This document shows positions 26,135 through 38,501 of a stretch of DNA of 64,000 nt, piece by piece. The stretch is from Pseudogymnoascus verrucosus. Lineage: Eukaryota. The stretch lies in assembly GCA_001662655.1 (NCBI GenBank), contig KV460221.1. One strand, 5' to 3'. The first letter of the stretch is position 1. Every line of letters starts with the position of its first letter. A model generated the notes under the pieces. The model was not told where the DNA came from, made no database searches, and saw only the letters and a list, made by a program, of their open reading frames with translations. A program made the translations under genes and the position numbers.

Positions 26135-27339
26135 AATTGCAACACAAAATCGGGTGCTGCGGGTAAACGATGGTGAATGAAGCAAATAAGAAGAGGCGCA
26201 AAAAGGAAGGGAAGAAGGGAAGAGGTATTGATATGGAGAAGAATAGAATACGAGTGCTTCTCCGTTTCTTCGAGGCACTCAACGAGATTTTGATTTTGTG
26301 GAGAATTAAGTTTAAGCGTGAACACCTTGACACGCAGGCATATCTGACCTGTTATTTTCCCAATGGCATTGAACCCTGGACGAACAGGGCCAAGGGATGC
26401 AATGCTACGCTGCTTTCACCATGACTGCCGAGTCGGGATTTTTAACATTGCTGCTGCTACTTTTGGAAACCCTTACCGACTGGAGTATTGTCGCTCTTGC
26501 CCTCGTTGCTCTAGCTTTTAAGTTCTTACCAAACTTCCTTTAGTCCCTGTATCTCCCCTGAGACATTTTTTCCCACTACTGCCGGGGACTACACCAAAGC
26601 TTGCGACGCCTTTAGTCAACGGGGACTACGGAGCGGCTCCAGTAGCCTGCTTCTGAGGGGTATATGTGGTCCCGGGTATATGTCCTTGGGTCCCCGGCAA
26701 CAGGGGTTAAGCCCGGGTTCTTGAAGCCGTTCCCACGAAGCGGGAGAAGAGAGTGATATGTTCCCTGCCAAGGTGAAGACACGACTCGCAGGACCTCATT
26801 TCTTGCAGCAGCCCATATGCCACTCAATATAGTTCGCTGTTCCACTACCGTGCTGGGAATGTATGGAAAAGGAGCATCAAATGCCGCCGAAGGGGTTCCA
26901 AGAAACACGTGTGGTGGGTCATTTCTCTTGGATGCAGGGTATGTCAAACACGGAAACGGGGCCTGGACGGGCCAGAGGCGGGAGCCGCGGTCAAAGGCGA
27001 TTAGAAGTGGAAACGATCATCGCGAGGACCCCATGGAGATATCCACAAAATCCACAAAACACCGTTTTATACCCCGCTCCTGCTAGTTCTATTACCTATA
27101 GCGCTGCGAAATAAGGGTTACATTTGGGACGGGCTAGGAGGACTAGGAGGTTGGGCCACCTGCCAGATCCATCTCGGAACTAAAGCCGCTTGCCCGGTCC
27201 CTGGCATATCCATACTCTACTCCCTCTGTCTCTTGTATCGTCTTGACATTGTTTCTCTTGTCCATTTACTTCCAGGATTAGAAGAAATTGATTGCTTTTT
27301 ATCATCCAGTTAGCTACTCGCAAACCGCTTATCATCATT

Positions 27340-28369
27340 ATGGCAGAATTCCTCATCAAAGACGAGGACCTTACTAGCCTCAAGGACAAGGTTGTCGTTC
27401 TCACAGGTACTACCACTTCCCCGCCTCACCGCTGAATAGCATTCCCATGATAATATTTACCTCCAACTAACCAACCTCCACAGGCGGTTCCTCAGGCATT
27501 GGCCTCGCAACAGTCACCCTCCTCCTCTCTTTGGGCGCCTCCGTAGTCAGCGGCGACATCAACCCCCCCGCCGAGTCCCCCGCCTCCCCAGCCTTCACCT
27601 TCGTCAAGACCAACGTCGCCAGCTGGTCCGACCTCCGCACCCTCTTCAAGACCGCCCATGAGCACCACAGCCGCATCGACTATGTCTTTGCGAATGCTGG
27701 TATCGGTCCCCGCGCCGACTATCTCAGCCTTGCTTCCAACGAGGCTGGGGAACTCCAGGAGCCAAGCCATGAGTTGATTGATGTTAGTCTCAAGGGTGTT
27801 GTCAACACCGCTGTCCTGGGTGTGCACTACATGAAGACGCAATCTGGGGGTGGCAACATCGTGTTGATGGGATCGAGCACTGGACTCCAGCCACTGCGGG
27901 CACCAGATTACTGTAAGCTGCTACCCATCCCCCTCGTGGCCTTGGAAATAGTTGGCATTTGAAGATGATTGGACTAACGCACACAGCGACCGCCAAGCAC
28001 GGTGTCCTCGGCTTCGGCCGCGGCTACGCTCGTCTCCTCGACGTGGCTTCGATCCCCGTGCGTATCAACACCCTGATGCCATCATGGACCAACACCAGTG
28101 TCATCCCCAGCATGGAAATTATCATGCCTGGTATCTCACAGCCAATGCAAGCACCCGTCATCGTAGCACGCGCAGCAGTGTATCTGATGGCCACGACGGA
28201 GAGGCAAGGCGAGGTTGTGTACGTGGCTGATGGGAAGTACACTGAGGTTGAGAAGACGATCCTGTACCCAGCTTATGAAAAGATTAAGGGGGAGGGCAAC
28301 AAGTCCGATGATCAGGTGTTGGAGAATATTTTGGCGTTTGCGGCCAAGGCTGCTGCTGCTGGACAGTGA
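27340..28369 (+). CDS. Short-chain dehydrogenase/reductase
   Basis: [32 protein letters not shown], catalytic YxxxK split by an intron (DY/STAKHG), VRINTLMP. Confidence 0.9.
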
Positions 28370-28441
28370 TGCGGGTTTTATAATTCTATAACTATAGATT
28401 TTCTGAATTGAGATATTATTCGGTTGCTTCAGATGGGTTGC

Positions 28442-28482
28442 TCAGTAGCTGGGGAGTGACCACCAGCGACTACCTTGTATGT
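28442..28482 (+). pseudogene. 5S rRNA 3'-end fragment (pseudogene)
   Basis: TCAGTAGCTGGGGAGTGACCACCAGCGACTACCTTGTATGT resembles the filamentous-ascomycete 5S 3' end as recalled (TAGTAGTTGGGTGGGTGACCACCAGCGAAT...TTGTATGT). The 5' part is not recognisable. Confidence 0.6.
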
Positions 28483-28861
28483 TCTAAGGTATAGCCCTTT
28501 TTGGTCATGTTCTCGACTTTTGATGTTTACAAGGCATGGAAGCCCTCGGGGTTGAATCGCGGTTTCACATGACTCGCTTCTCCTAAACGACTAAAGAAAA
28601 AGGGGGATGGTAACTCGAAACACGGCAGCCAATAGGACTCACATGCTAGAACTCAGAAGCCTATATTTCAACTACATATTGCATTAAATCCAACAACCCT
28701 CAGCCGCAATATCCACATCTCCCCCCAATGGGGTATATACCTAAACACTCCCAACCACAAAAATCTACATCCCCTAGGCTCTCCTCCTTCCAGCCCTTTC
28801 CATTCCAAAATATATACAAAGAACTCGGGTATTTCCCTCCCCATCCACATCCCTACCACCG

Positions 28862-30220
28862 TCACCTCCTCCCACCATGCACACTATCATCATCATCCCC
28901 CCCAGCCGCATACTCAGGATACAACTCCGCCGGGTCCGGCAACGGTCCCCCGCCACCAGACCACTGCCTCGACGCCCCCTCCACCGGCGGCACCGGCAGC
29001 CTCTGTGACGGCACAATCGGTGCGCTAGCCTGCTGTGCGTATTCCGGTGCCGCAGCGGGCGCGTACCCACTCGGCGCACTCGGCGCCCTAGCCTCCTGTC
29101 CATACCCTTCCTGCCCCGACCCTACAACTGGCGCATACCCAGTATCATGTGAAGGCGCATACGCTCCCACCTGCGCAACCGGCGCATATCCCGTTTCATG
29201 TGCAGGTGCGTACGCACCCACCTGCGCAACCGGTGCATATCCCGTACTCTGCGCCCCTCCAAAGCGCGGCGACCCCGCCGCACTCGGTGTATAAATCTCG
29301 CTCGCGCGTGCCATCTCTTCAGGTTTAGCCTCCCAGTATCCCGCAGGCACGGATTGTTCCATAGGCTGGTAGTACTGCTGTGGTGGAGGAGGTTGAGAGT
29401 ACTGCTGAGGCGGGGGTTGGGCGTACGCTTGTTGTTGTTGCGGGGGTGCTTGGGGAGGGCCGGCGACGGTAGGGGTGGTGGCGGCGCGGCGGCGGCGGAA
29501 TAAAAGGAAGGCGAGGATGGCGAGGATGATCACCGCGACGGGGATGCCGAGGCCTAATCCGATTTTGCCGCCGAGGGGGAGGCCGGAGTTGGATTCGGAG
29601 GAGGAGGGGTCTGATGGGGTGAAGGTGGAGGTGGGCGCTGCGATGGAATTGGTGGCAGACGAGGATTTCGATGCGGTGGTGGTGGGGAAGTCGCCGTCGC
29701 GGTAGCGGACGATTATGCCGGTGGCCCATACCATTTCGTCTGGAATGTAAGATGGAGTTGGGGTGGGGTCGACGCGGAGCTCATTCTTATAGAGGACAAC
29801 GGATGTGGTTGTGCTTTCGGTGACTGATGAGCGGCAGAGCTCGCCGCTGAAGGTGAAGGAGGTGGGGCAGCATTGGATGGTTGTCTCGCCATTCTGGGCT
29901 GTGGTTACAACGCCCTCCCAGGCGGCGGGGCAGCGTCCGGGGGAGTAGTAGGCGGAGTAAGTGGTGTAGCCTTCGGGATAGCAGGAGTCGTCGAGGACGT
30001 AGTCGTACTTCTCGAGGTAAGCGGTAGTCGAAGTGGTGATGGTGGGGACGGTGTAGACGGAGACGGCTGAGCCGTCGGAGATAGTTTTTGTCACGGTAAC
30101 TACGGTGCTGTAGACAGTGGAGATTGAGAGGACGGTGAGGTCATGGCAGGTAGCAGGCGGGGTGAATATGGTCGTGAGGGGACCGAGGAGGGTCAGGCCG
30201 GAGTCGTCCTGGGACGCCAT
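28862..30220 (-). CDS. Single-pass membrane protein: Cys/Thr-rich N-terminal domain, Ser/Thr stalk, TM helix, Gln/Pro/Tyr-rich tail
   Basis: 452-aa ORF with GPLTTIFTPPATC, CYPEGY, YYSPGRCP, TIQCCPT; TM IGLGLGIPVAVIILAILAFLLF followed by RRRR. Confidence 0.8.
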   Translation of the reverse strand: MASQDDSGLTLLGPLTTIFTPPATCHDLTVLSISTVYSTVVTVTKTISDGSAVSVYTVPTITTSTTAYLEKYDYVLDDSCYPEGYTTYSAYYSPGRCPAAWEGVVTTAQNGETTIQCCPTSFTFSGELCRSSVTESTTTSVVLYKNELRVDPTPTPSYIPDEMVWATGIIVRYRDGDFPTTTASKSSSATNSIAAPTSTFTPSDPSSSESNSGLPLGGKIGLGLGIPVAVIILAILAFLLFRRRRAATTPTVAGPPQAPPQQQQAYAQPPPQQYSQPPPPQQYYQPMEQSVPAGYWEAKPEEMARASEIYTPSAAGSPRFGGAQSTGYAPVAQVGAYAPAHETGYAPVAQVGAYAPSHDTGYAPVVGSGQEGYGQEARAPSAPSGYAPAAAPEYAQQASAPIVPSQRLPVPPVEGASRQWSGGGGPLPDPAELYPEYAAGGDDDDSVHGGRR

Positions 30221-31247
30221 GATGGCTCGCGACTCGGTCCGCGAAGGTGGAGGATGGAGTCAGTCGCGAGGGGAGAGCGAGGACGAGGCCACCGGCGATG
30301 CGACGGGAACAGCTATAGAGTCGGCACCCGTTATGAAATGAGCCAGGCGCGGCGGCCAAGAGTGAAATGAGAAAAGACGAAGGATCACCGGAGCGAGAGC
30401 TCATGGAGCAATCTAACCCCAGAGTAGTTAGTAACATTGAGGAGGAAGGAGGGAATCCTTGGGGTCGATAATGGAGCATCTCTAGTCCATTTTAAGATTA
30501 GTGTTGCTATTCTCGAAGCTCGCTGACCCCTGTTCATTGACATGTCAATCCCATCACCACCATAGCTTCCATTCGCCCCGCTTTTGACACGACATGAAGA
30601 TATTTTATTGGTCAATCCCTCCCGTGAACTGTGCCGTAGCAACCCCCCATCCTCGAATCCTTCGAGACCCAAATCTCGGATATTTGAAACGCCGTCACCC
30701 CGCTCAGTCCTATCAAATCCCCGGGTTTTCCGGGACCCACACTACCGATCGCTCAATGGGTTGTGCCAAGAAAAGCATCAACGCCAAGTATCGCGATATT
30801 TGGCACGGAGGCAATTTTGGATGCTTAAATTACCGGTTGTTGATGCTGTTCGGCGTCGTGGGGCGGCAGATGGCGGAGCGGGATGGCACGGGGGACGGCA
30901 CGGCACGGGAGTAAGTTGGTCAATGGGAAAGACTTGGCGTATAATTTAGCGGTGAGGAATAGGCCTTTGAGGGAGTGTCGAAGAAAGATACCAGAAGGAT
31001 TCCATAGTCAGCTGTTTGTCGAATACTTGATACGTGTGTACCGAGATACTCGGGTACTGAACAGTTGACTCCCTTGAAGGAAAAAAGAATGCCCCTGGGG
31101 GACATGAACAAATAACGATCCATGTCTATAAAATTGTGGTATATATCGCTTTGTATAGTCCGTCTATTATAGGTGGGGTAGATAGATGTATTGACATGGA
31201 AATGCGCCGACGCAAAGTGAGACCGGAGACCAGTTGGCGGTTCCCCT

Positions 31248-32830
31248 CTATATTGTCTCCATATAACGCTTCACTTCCCTGCGCACAAGTTAGTAAGATA
31301 TAATAACAAACACGCATAAACCTCAATCAAGAAGGTGGAAACTTACCAATCCGTAACAGCCTCATCATACAACCTCACCTCATGCTGCCTCGTCCCTCCA
31401 AAGTGCTCCACAAACTCATCCCCAAACACCTCTCTTGCCAAACTGTCCTTCGCCATGAACCTCCTTGTCGCCTCTCCCAAATTTTTCGCCAGCCGCTTCC
31501 CAGCATCCGACTCGCCGCCCACATCCTCACCCTTCCCCAGCGGTGGTAAAGTAAGCTCTAGCTTCTTCGTCACACCGCGCCATCCCAGCGCTAGACACGC
31601 CGCAAGCACGTAATGGGGGTTTGCATCCGCACCAGGGACGCGGATCTCAAAGCGAGTGGCGGACGCCTTTGCTGTCGGTGGGGCGATGAGCCGGATACTA
31701 GCGGCGCGGTGCTCAAGGCCCCAGGAGACGGTGACGGGGGCCCAGAAGTTCTCGACGAGGCGCTTGTAGCTGTTCACCGTAGGCGCGAGGATGGGCATGA
31801 TGTCTGGCAGGCCCTCGAGGATACCGGCAAGGAAGTGGCGGCCCATGTCGGAGAGGTTGGCGACGTCCGGGAAGGGCGGGTTGGGGTCCGTGGATTCGCG
31901 CGCGAAGAGGTTGGCGCCGGAGGATGAGACGAGGGAGACGTGCATGTGGCCACTGTTTCCGGGCAGTCCCTGACGGGGTTTGGCCATGAAGCAGGGTGTG
32001 ATGCCGTATGTTGTGGCGATGGATTTAACAACGTATTTAAATAAACCAGCGCGGTCGGCCATGCCTTTGATGTCTCCAAAGGCGAGGGCGGCTTCGAAAA
32101 CGCCGGGGCCGGACTCAGTATGCCAGCCCTCAATGTTGGTGTTGAACTTCTCGCAGGCGTCGAAGATGCCATAGTAATAGTCTTTGTTATGGAGGGGACG
32201 CGTTAAGCTGTATCCGAACATGCCTTCGGTGAGGGATGGGAGGGAGTCGACTGGGTTGTTCTGGAGGAAGGTGGCAGTCGAAGAGTTGTTGCGTTCAGAT
32301 ATCGGAGCATTGCCGCTCTGTGGTGCACGGAATTGGTAGAATTCGTATTCAGCTAGAGGTGCGGTTAGTTACTGTTGTAGGGAAATAGCAGGGTGAGATC
32401 TCATACCGCCTGCCATAGCACCAATGCCCTCGCCCTCTAGTTTCTTTAGTTGCCGGTCTAAAATTCCTCGCGGACATGCGCTGAGTGGTTCCTTGGTATC
32501 TGGGTCGAAGAAGCTGACGAGGAAGAAGGGCACATCGTCTTCCCATGGTATCCGCCTGAACGTTCTGAGGTCTGGAATAGCGATGACGTCGTGGTAACCA
32601 TTTTCCTTATTGCTAATCTTCAGCTCCTTGAAGTATGTCTTGTCGTGCATATCCCATCCAAACACCACCGAGCAGAAGCCAAAGCCCTCTTTTGCGACAC
32701 CGAGGAACTTCTTCTTCGACATCAGCTTACCCCGCAGCTGCCCGTCGACGTCGATACCGGCGACCTTGACCTTGGTGTCATTTTCGAGGATTTGGGCGAC
32801 GTTTTCGAGCGTCACCACAGTTTCCGCCAT
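31248..32830 (-). CDS. Glutamine-synthetase-like gamma-glutamyl ligase (GS type I-like, not the housekeeping GSII)
   Basis: AGIDVDGQLRGK, AEYEFY, HTESGPGVFE, FMAKP, GNSGHMHVSL, NSYKRL, RFEIRVPGADANP; last exon WEVKRYMETI*. Confidence 0.9.
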
Positions 32831-33694
32831 AATTATATTGGTATAGCTTCGGATATAGGCCGTATTATGCGTTGCTCGTTGAGAATCGGCGTGTCCGAGA
32901 AGCTGTCTTGACGAGGTGATTGAGGTGGATGAGGTGAGTCGCAGCCTACAGGTAGCTCAGAGGCCAATTTGCACAGCGCGGTCTTGTCAAGTAAGATATT
33001 TGAGCTGTACAAAGTATCTCACAACAACAGCACCTGTTATGATATCGTCAAACGCGTTAACAATCGTATGTTGAATATAGTTGTTCCTGGATTTGTTTGT
33101 TTTCCCGTAGTCCTGTCCATTGGCCAAGGCAGCGTCATGATCGCCGATAAGCTTCTCCTCACCGCCTTTGGTCCACTTTACCGCCCTGCCGCCCTTTTGC
33201 CCCTCGTTCTGCCCCTGAATAATCACGTGATGTCTCCGCAATTCTGGAATATTGTGTGTCATTTGGGGTCATTCGTCCCCTCTAGCTCCTCCCAACCCCG
33301 CCGACCAATATTTCTATATAAACAGACTCTTTATCTCTCACTTAAACTAAACCTCATCCTTTCAAAAACAAAGACCAGATTGCTTCATCTTTGGTTCCCT
33401 TTCCCTACTCTCCATTAAATATATCAGGTGGCAAAAAAAAGCATCAATATATAAACTACAGACTACAGTAAGTAATCAATGCTTATCTATACACCGCGCC
33501 ACCCCGCGAGTCAGATTATAACCCGATCATGTGTCTTATCGCCCCCCCTTATATATAACTTCTTCGCATTTTCTTCAAACTTTTCTAAAACTGATCACAA
33601 TCGTTTCCAGCCTATATTCCATTAGAACATCACTTCGACTCTTAATTATCAAAAGAGCGAGGTCGATCCGCTCTCCCCCAAAACAAAGAGCATC

Positions 33695-34847
33695 ATGGCC
33701 GCCACCCCGCCCCCAGCCAAGAGCGGCCTCACCATCAACAGCATCCAGATGGGCAGACTGCACCGTAAGAATGCTATTGTCACCGGCGCTGCAGGGTAAG
33801 TTTCATATTGTTCTTAAATTCCTTCAATCTGGCCACTTTTCCTGTCCCTGCGTTGTCTCACCCCGCAATTGCCACATATGTCTTGCCCTTCTCCGATAAC
33901 GGACATCACGTTTCATACCCCAAGTCCCGTGAATTCGAACAGAACTCACAATGAGGGGCGAATAATACTGGCGTGGTTGAATCTCACATGGACAATGTAT
34001 ATACTAACACTATCCCAGTGGCATCGGTCTAGAGACCTCCATCCTCTTCGCCAAGGAAGGCGCCAACGTCCTCATGGCTGATATCTCTGAGACGGCCCTT
34101 GAGAAGGCAGTCGAGAAGCTGCGCCAACTCGTGCCCTCCGTCCACCGCGTTGAAGTCCGTGTCTGCGACGTCTCAAAGGAAGCCGATGTCGAGGCTCTCG
34201 TGGCACAGCTCGACAGCTGGGGCGGCGTGGACATCATGTTCAACAACGCCGGTATCATGCACGCGCTCGACGCCGACGCTGTTGACACTCCTGAGGCCGT
34301 GTGGGATCTTACTCAAGCCATTAACGTCAAGGGTGTCTGGTTCGGTTGCAAGCACGCCGTCCTCTCGCTGCGCCGCCACAACAAGCCTTCGGGCTCCATC
34401 ATCAACACCGCCTCCGTCGTCGCGCTTGTTGGCTCGGCCACCCCCCAGCTCGCCTACACTGCATCCAAGGGCGCGGTTCTAGCACTTACTCGCGAGCTGG
34501 CTATCGTACACGCCCGCGACGGGTACAGATTCAACGCACTCTGTCCGGCGCCGCTGAACACGCCACTCCTGCAGGATTGGCTCGGTGACGACAAGGAGAA
34601 GCGCCACCGCCGCGAAGTCCACTTCCCATCTGGCCGCTTCGGAGAGGCCGTGGAGCAGGCGCACGCGGTGCTGTTCCTGGCGAGCGACGAGAGCAGCTTC
34701 ATTAATGGGCAGGACTTTGTCGTGGATGGCGGGATGACAAAGGCGTATGTTACCCCTGAGGGACCGGCGAAGGCTGGCCCGAAGAACAATGCCCAGTTGA
34801 GTGAGCAGGTTGATGCTATTCGCGGGACTGGTATTGTGGATGCTTGA
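33695..34847 (+). CDS. Short-chain dehydrogenase/reductase divergent from the GS-like gene
   Basis: GRLHRKNAIVTGAAG|GIG, MFNNAGI, AYTASKG, NALCPAPLNTPLL, VDGGMTKAYVTP; intron ~33796-34018. Confidence 0.9.
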
Positions 34848-35188
34848 GAGAGCAAGGCAGGATGCTGGGTTATGTGATACATGAAGGGGTAACGGGGATG
34901 GGAATACGGGAATTGGGGAGTTGGTCGTTGGATAACGATGCAGGAAGACAGTCACTGCGCATTTTTGTTTCTCACTGTGCCGCGATTTTGCGGATATTTT
35001 ATAAAGGCAAAGGGATTGCGGGCGCCTACGTTTTGGTTTCTGATGAATGCATCGTTTCCACCTAGATACCTAGATACCTTTATAGAGAAATTGATTATCC
35101 GAAAAGAAGACATAGACCAGCTTGCGTCGTAAAATCGAAGTCTAGCCCGACTGGGCTTTGTCTCTCGTTCATAACCTTCCATACCGGC

Positions 35189-37349
35189 TCAAACAATCGT
35201 AAACCGCTCCTTCCGTCCCCACTCTTTCAAAACCACCCGATCGAGTATATTGCAGTGAATCACCCCTATCCTCTCAAAAACCAACTTACCCACCCCAACC
35301 TCCCTCAACACAAGAAACATCCTCGACTCATAAACACCAACCACAGCCATCTCCACTCCAACCTTCCTCCCGGCCTGCAACCCCCCCAAAACCTCCTCCG
35401 TATCCGGATATAAAAACCCATTCGTCTTCTCCACCGTCCCATCAGCCTTTTGGGTTTCCATCCTAAAAGGAAAATGCCACTCCGACCCCCCCGTCAACCA
35501 AACCCTGACATCACAAAGATACCCCTCAGCCGTCAACTCCGCATCCTTGACACTCCCGTACCTATTCCTCCCTGCCGGCGTGCACGTCACCTTCACATCC
35601 GTCAAATCCGGCTCACTCTCAGCCCACTTTCCGCGCCCATAACTCAGGTGCCAGAACAAGAATGTCACGCGCCCAGTCACACTACCCCATGACCAGGTGG
35701 GAGCTACGCCCGGGGTATTGCGGTGACTTTCATTTCCCCACAGCCTGCCGAAGTTTATTTCGCGATCAACGATCCATAGAAGTGTGGAGGGTAACTCATC
35801 AGACCAGAGTCCAGCGTAGTACTCTATATCCGGGCGTCTGACGTGGACATGGCTGGCCAAACCCGCCATAGCAGCCAGCCTGTCCGAATGGAACGTAAAT
35901 TCACGCTGGGTATACTGTTCAATAACCTCGCGCCAAAACTCCTTCAAATCTCTGGGCGTGATTTCGCGCGGCTCTTCAAGATCAAGGGGTCTATGCGCGA
36001 CGGAGGCGTGGAGGGGGATCTGGCATTCGCAGCGGGAGGAAACGGTGCATTTGAATGTTACCTCGTCGGGGAGGAAGTGGAGAACTCGGACGGGGAGGAA
36101 TGTTTCTTGGAGGACCCAGCCGCGACGGAGGAGGTAGCTGCCTTCTTGTTTTAGGCGTTGGGGGGGTTGGAGAGAGTCGGGTTCCCAACCATTGTAGTGG
36201 CGCCCGAAGCCGCCGATGCTGCCGTATTGTCGCCATGGTCTGACGAAGATTTCGCCTTTTTGGCCGGCTGGGCTGGTACAGGATATCTTTCTTGTTGCCT
36301 TGTGGAAGTCTCGCCTTTCGGGTGTTTCTAGGAACCCAGAGTCTCCGTTCTCGGCTGCATCGGCTGCGATGGTAAGACGACAGTGGGAATAGACTTGGTC
36401 CATCTTTGACCCCTGGATGTCCCAGTCGTCCTTCGAGTCTTGTATAATGCAAATGGAGTCGATCCATATATATTTTATCGACAGATTACGACACACAGTA
36501 ATAGCATCCTGGAATGTCTTTGGGAAGCTCGAGAAGGGGATGCCTTTCTTAAAGTCATCGAGGTTGGCAGTCTTCAGCTGCAATGATACCTGGCCGCCCC
36601 ATCGGTGACTGAGGGCAATATAATCTTCCCTAGTGCCTTTGGGAGGCTCGACGAGGTACGGATCTCTTCCCTCGCCGACGAATACAACACGATCGGGTAG
36701 GATTGAGGGATGATAGTCCTTGCAGCCAGGGTGTTGTGTTTCGCACTGTCTTAGCCAGCCACGGATGAGGTTGTGGAATTCATCGGTATTTGCAGTGGCT
36801 AGAATGGTTCTCGCGGTTCTGATTTTTGGCCAAGGGGAAGGGGCCCCTATTTATTATTTAAGGGGTCTTGTATTATATGGACAGCTGGTGGACTTCAGCG
36901 GAACTAACCTTCAAGAGTGAACAGCTCCACCGCGCGCTCAACCGGGGGATAAAATGCTGTCGTGGGATACTCAGGACCAGACACCCATCCTCCTTTACTG
37001 AAACCTACCACGGTAGTGTCAGTCTACCATATCCTCATATTCACCTCATAAACTCAGTGGAATTACCCTCTTCCGCACACAGCTTACGCGACATATCCTC
37101 CGACCCCGGATCAAAAGTATGGCAAACCTGCGAATCACCAAACAACCTCACATGTACCAATGTAATCCTCTGATCCGCAAGATCCGCCGGACTGATCGAC
37201 TCATACAGCAGGTGGCATGCCGGGCAGCCCGTTTCCGCGCCGTGGATGAGCGCAGCGGCCGGGATTCGGTGTTGGCCATCCTGTAGACCGCGGCAGTGCT
37301 GGCAGTTTCGGTTTTCTTTCTTCCAGAGGAGTCGCTGGAGTCGGTCCAT
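35189..37349 (-). CDS. HET (heterokaryon incompatibility)-domain protein, 3 exons
   Basis: LPDRVV, YIALSHRWGG, PKTFQDAITVCR, YIWIDSICIIQD, MDQVY, RGWVLQE, SDRLAAMAGLA, APTWSWGS. Start codon uncertain. Confidence 0.85.
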
Positions 37350-38501
37350 TGTTGGGATGGATTCTGTTCTACCTAGCTCGGGCATGAGAACAGAAGAGAG
37401 GGGAGATGAGTGAGAGAGTTTAAAGTCGGTGGTCCGAGCTTTGAGAGCTGTTATGCAGGACATCCATGACAGCTAACAACCCCTATCGCTGCTCGGCCAG
37501 CCGCTCGAAATACTTCTCTCTTTTCAGATAGTTTTTCCCTACGCGACCTATTCAAAGACAAAGTTCATGATGGGACATATGAACTAAAACCACCTATATC
37601 ATTCTACGTACAAGTCCCACAGGGACGACTTGTATCGAAGAATAGCTAGTATGAAGCAAACGATTACGACCGAGCAAAAGCACTCCAAAGCACCGTCCTC
37701 ATTGATGACGGGAAGGGGGGCGGTGGTGAGAGGGGTTGCGGTGACAGTAAGGGAGGCGGTAGTGAGAGGGGCTGCGGTGACAAGTTGTGGGGGCGGTGGG
37801 GGAATGTGGACGTGGTGACAAGAGAGATACGGGGGGAGAAGGGCTGAGCCCCGTCGCAAATTGTAGCCCGTCTGGTGAGTAGTGACATCAAGAGGTCTCG
37901 GTATCGGAAGATCTGCCTTCTCTGGTGGGATAATGAATCAGTGTGAGGTGTTTACTTCAGCTGGTACACATGCCTCTATTTCAGCCCAGGACGGAACGAC
38001 ATCGTTAATTACGGTATCAGTTCTCAGTTGAGCATGGCTGCTTTTCAGGCCCTGTGGCTGGACGAGGCAGTGTTGGCGCCTGTAGAGCACAACATAATAT
38101 CACATCACAATCCATAATCAAGAACAAAAATTCAGCATGGGAATCTCATTCATTTCATCTCCCATCTCATCCTCACCTCCTAAATTAAACCACCCCCCCA
38201 AATCTACCCATCTAATTCTAAACGCCAAACATTTTTTGTGCAGAAAAAAAACAAGACAAACAAAACAAAAAAGAAACATGCGTCTCGAGGCCGCCGGGAT
38301 ATCAAAAGTCTATATCATCATGGAAAACCCAAAAAACAACTTGGAGTAGTTTCGTTTAAAGGAGGCCCGCGTCCCCACCGCCCGCACCGCATCTCCACAC
38401 CGCCGAACCCCATATAGTCACGTGACATATGTACCGCCGCTTCAGCAAAAAAAAAAAAACTTTCAAAATATCCAAATCGGCGACGTTTTTTTCGAGGTTT
38501 T

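Noticed and set aside
37599..37891. Small ORF with TAAPLT repeats and hydrophobic end
   Set aside because: Non-ATG start in the ORF track and low complexity; no independent support.
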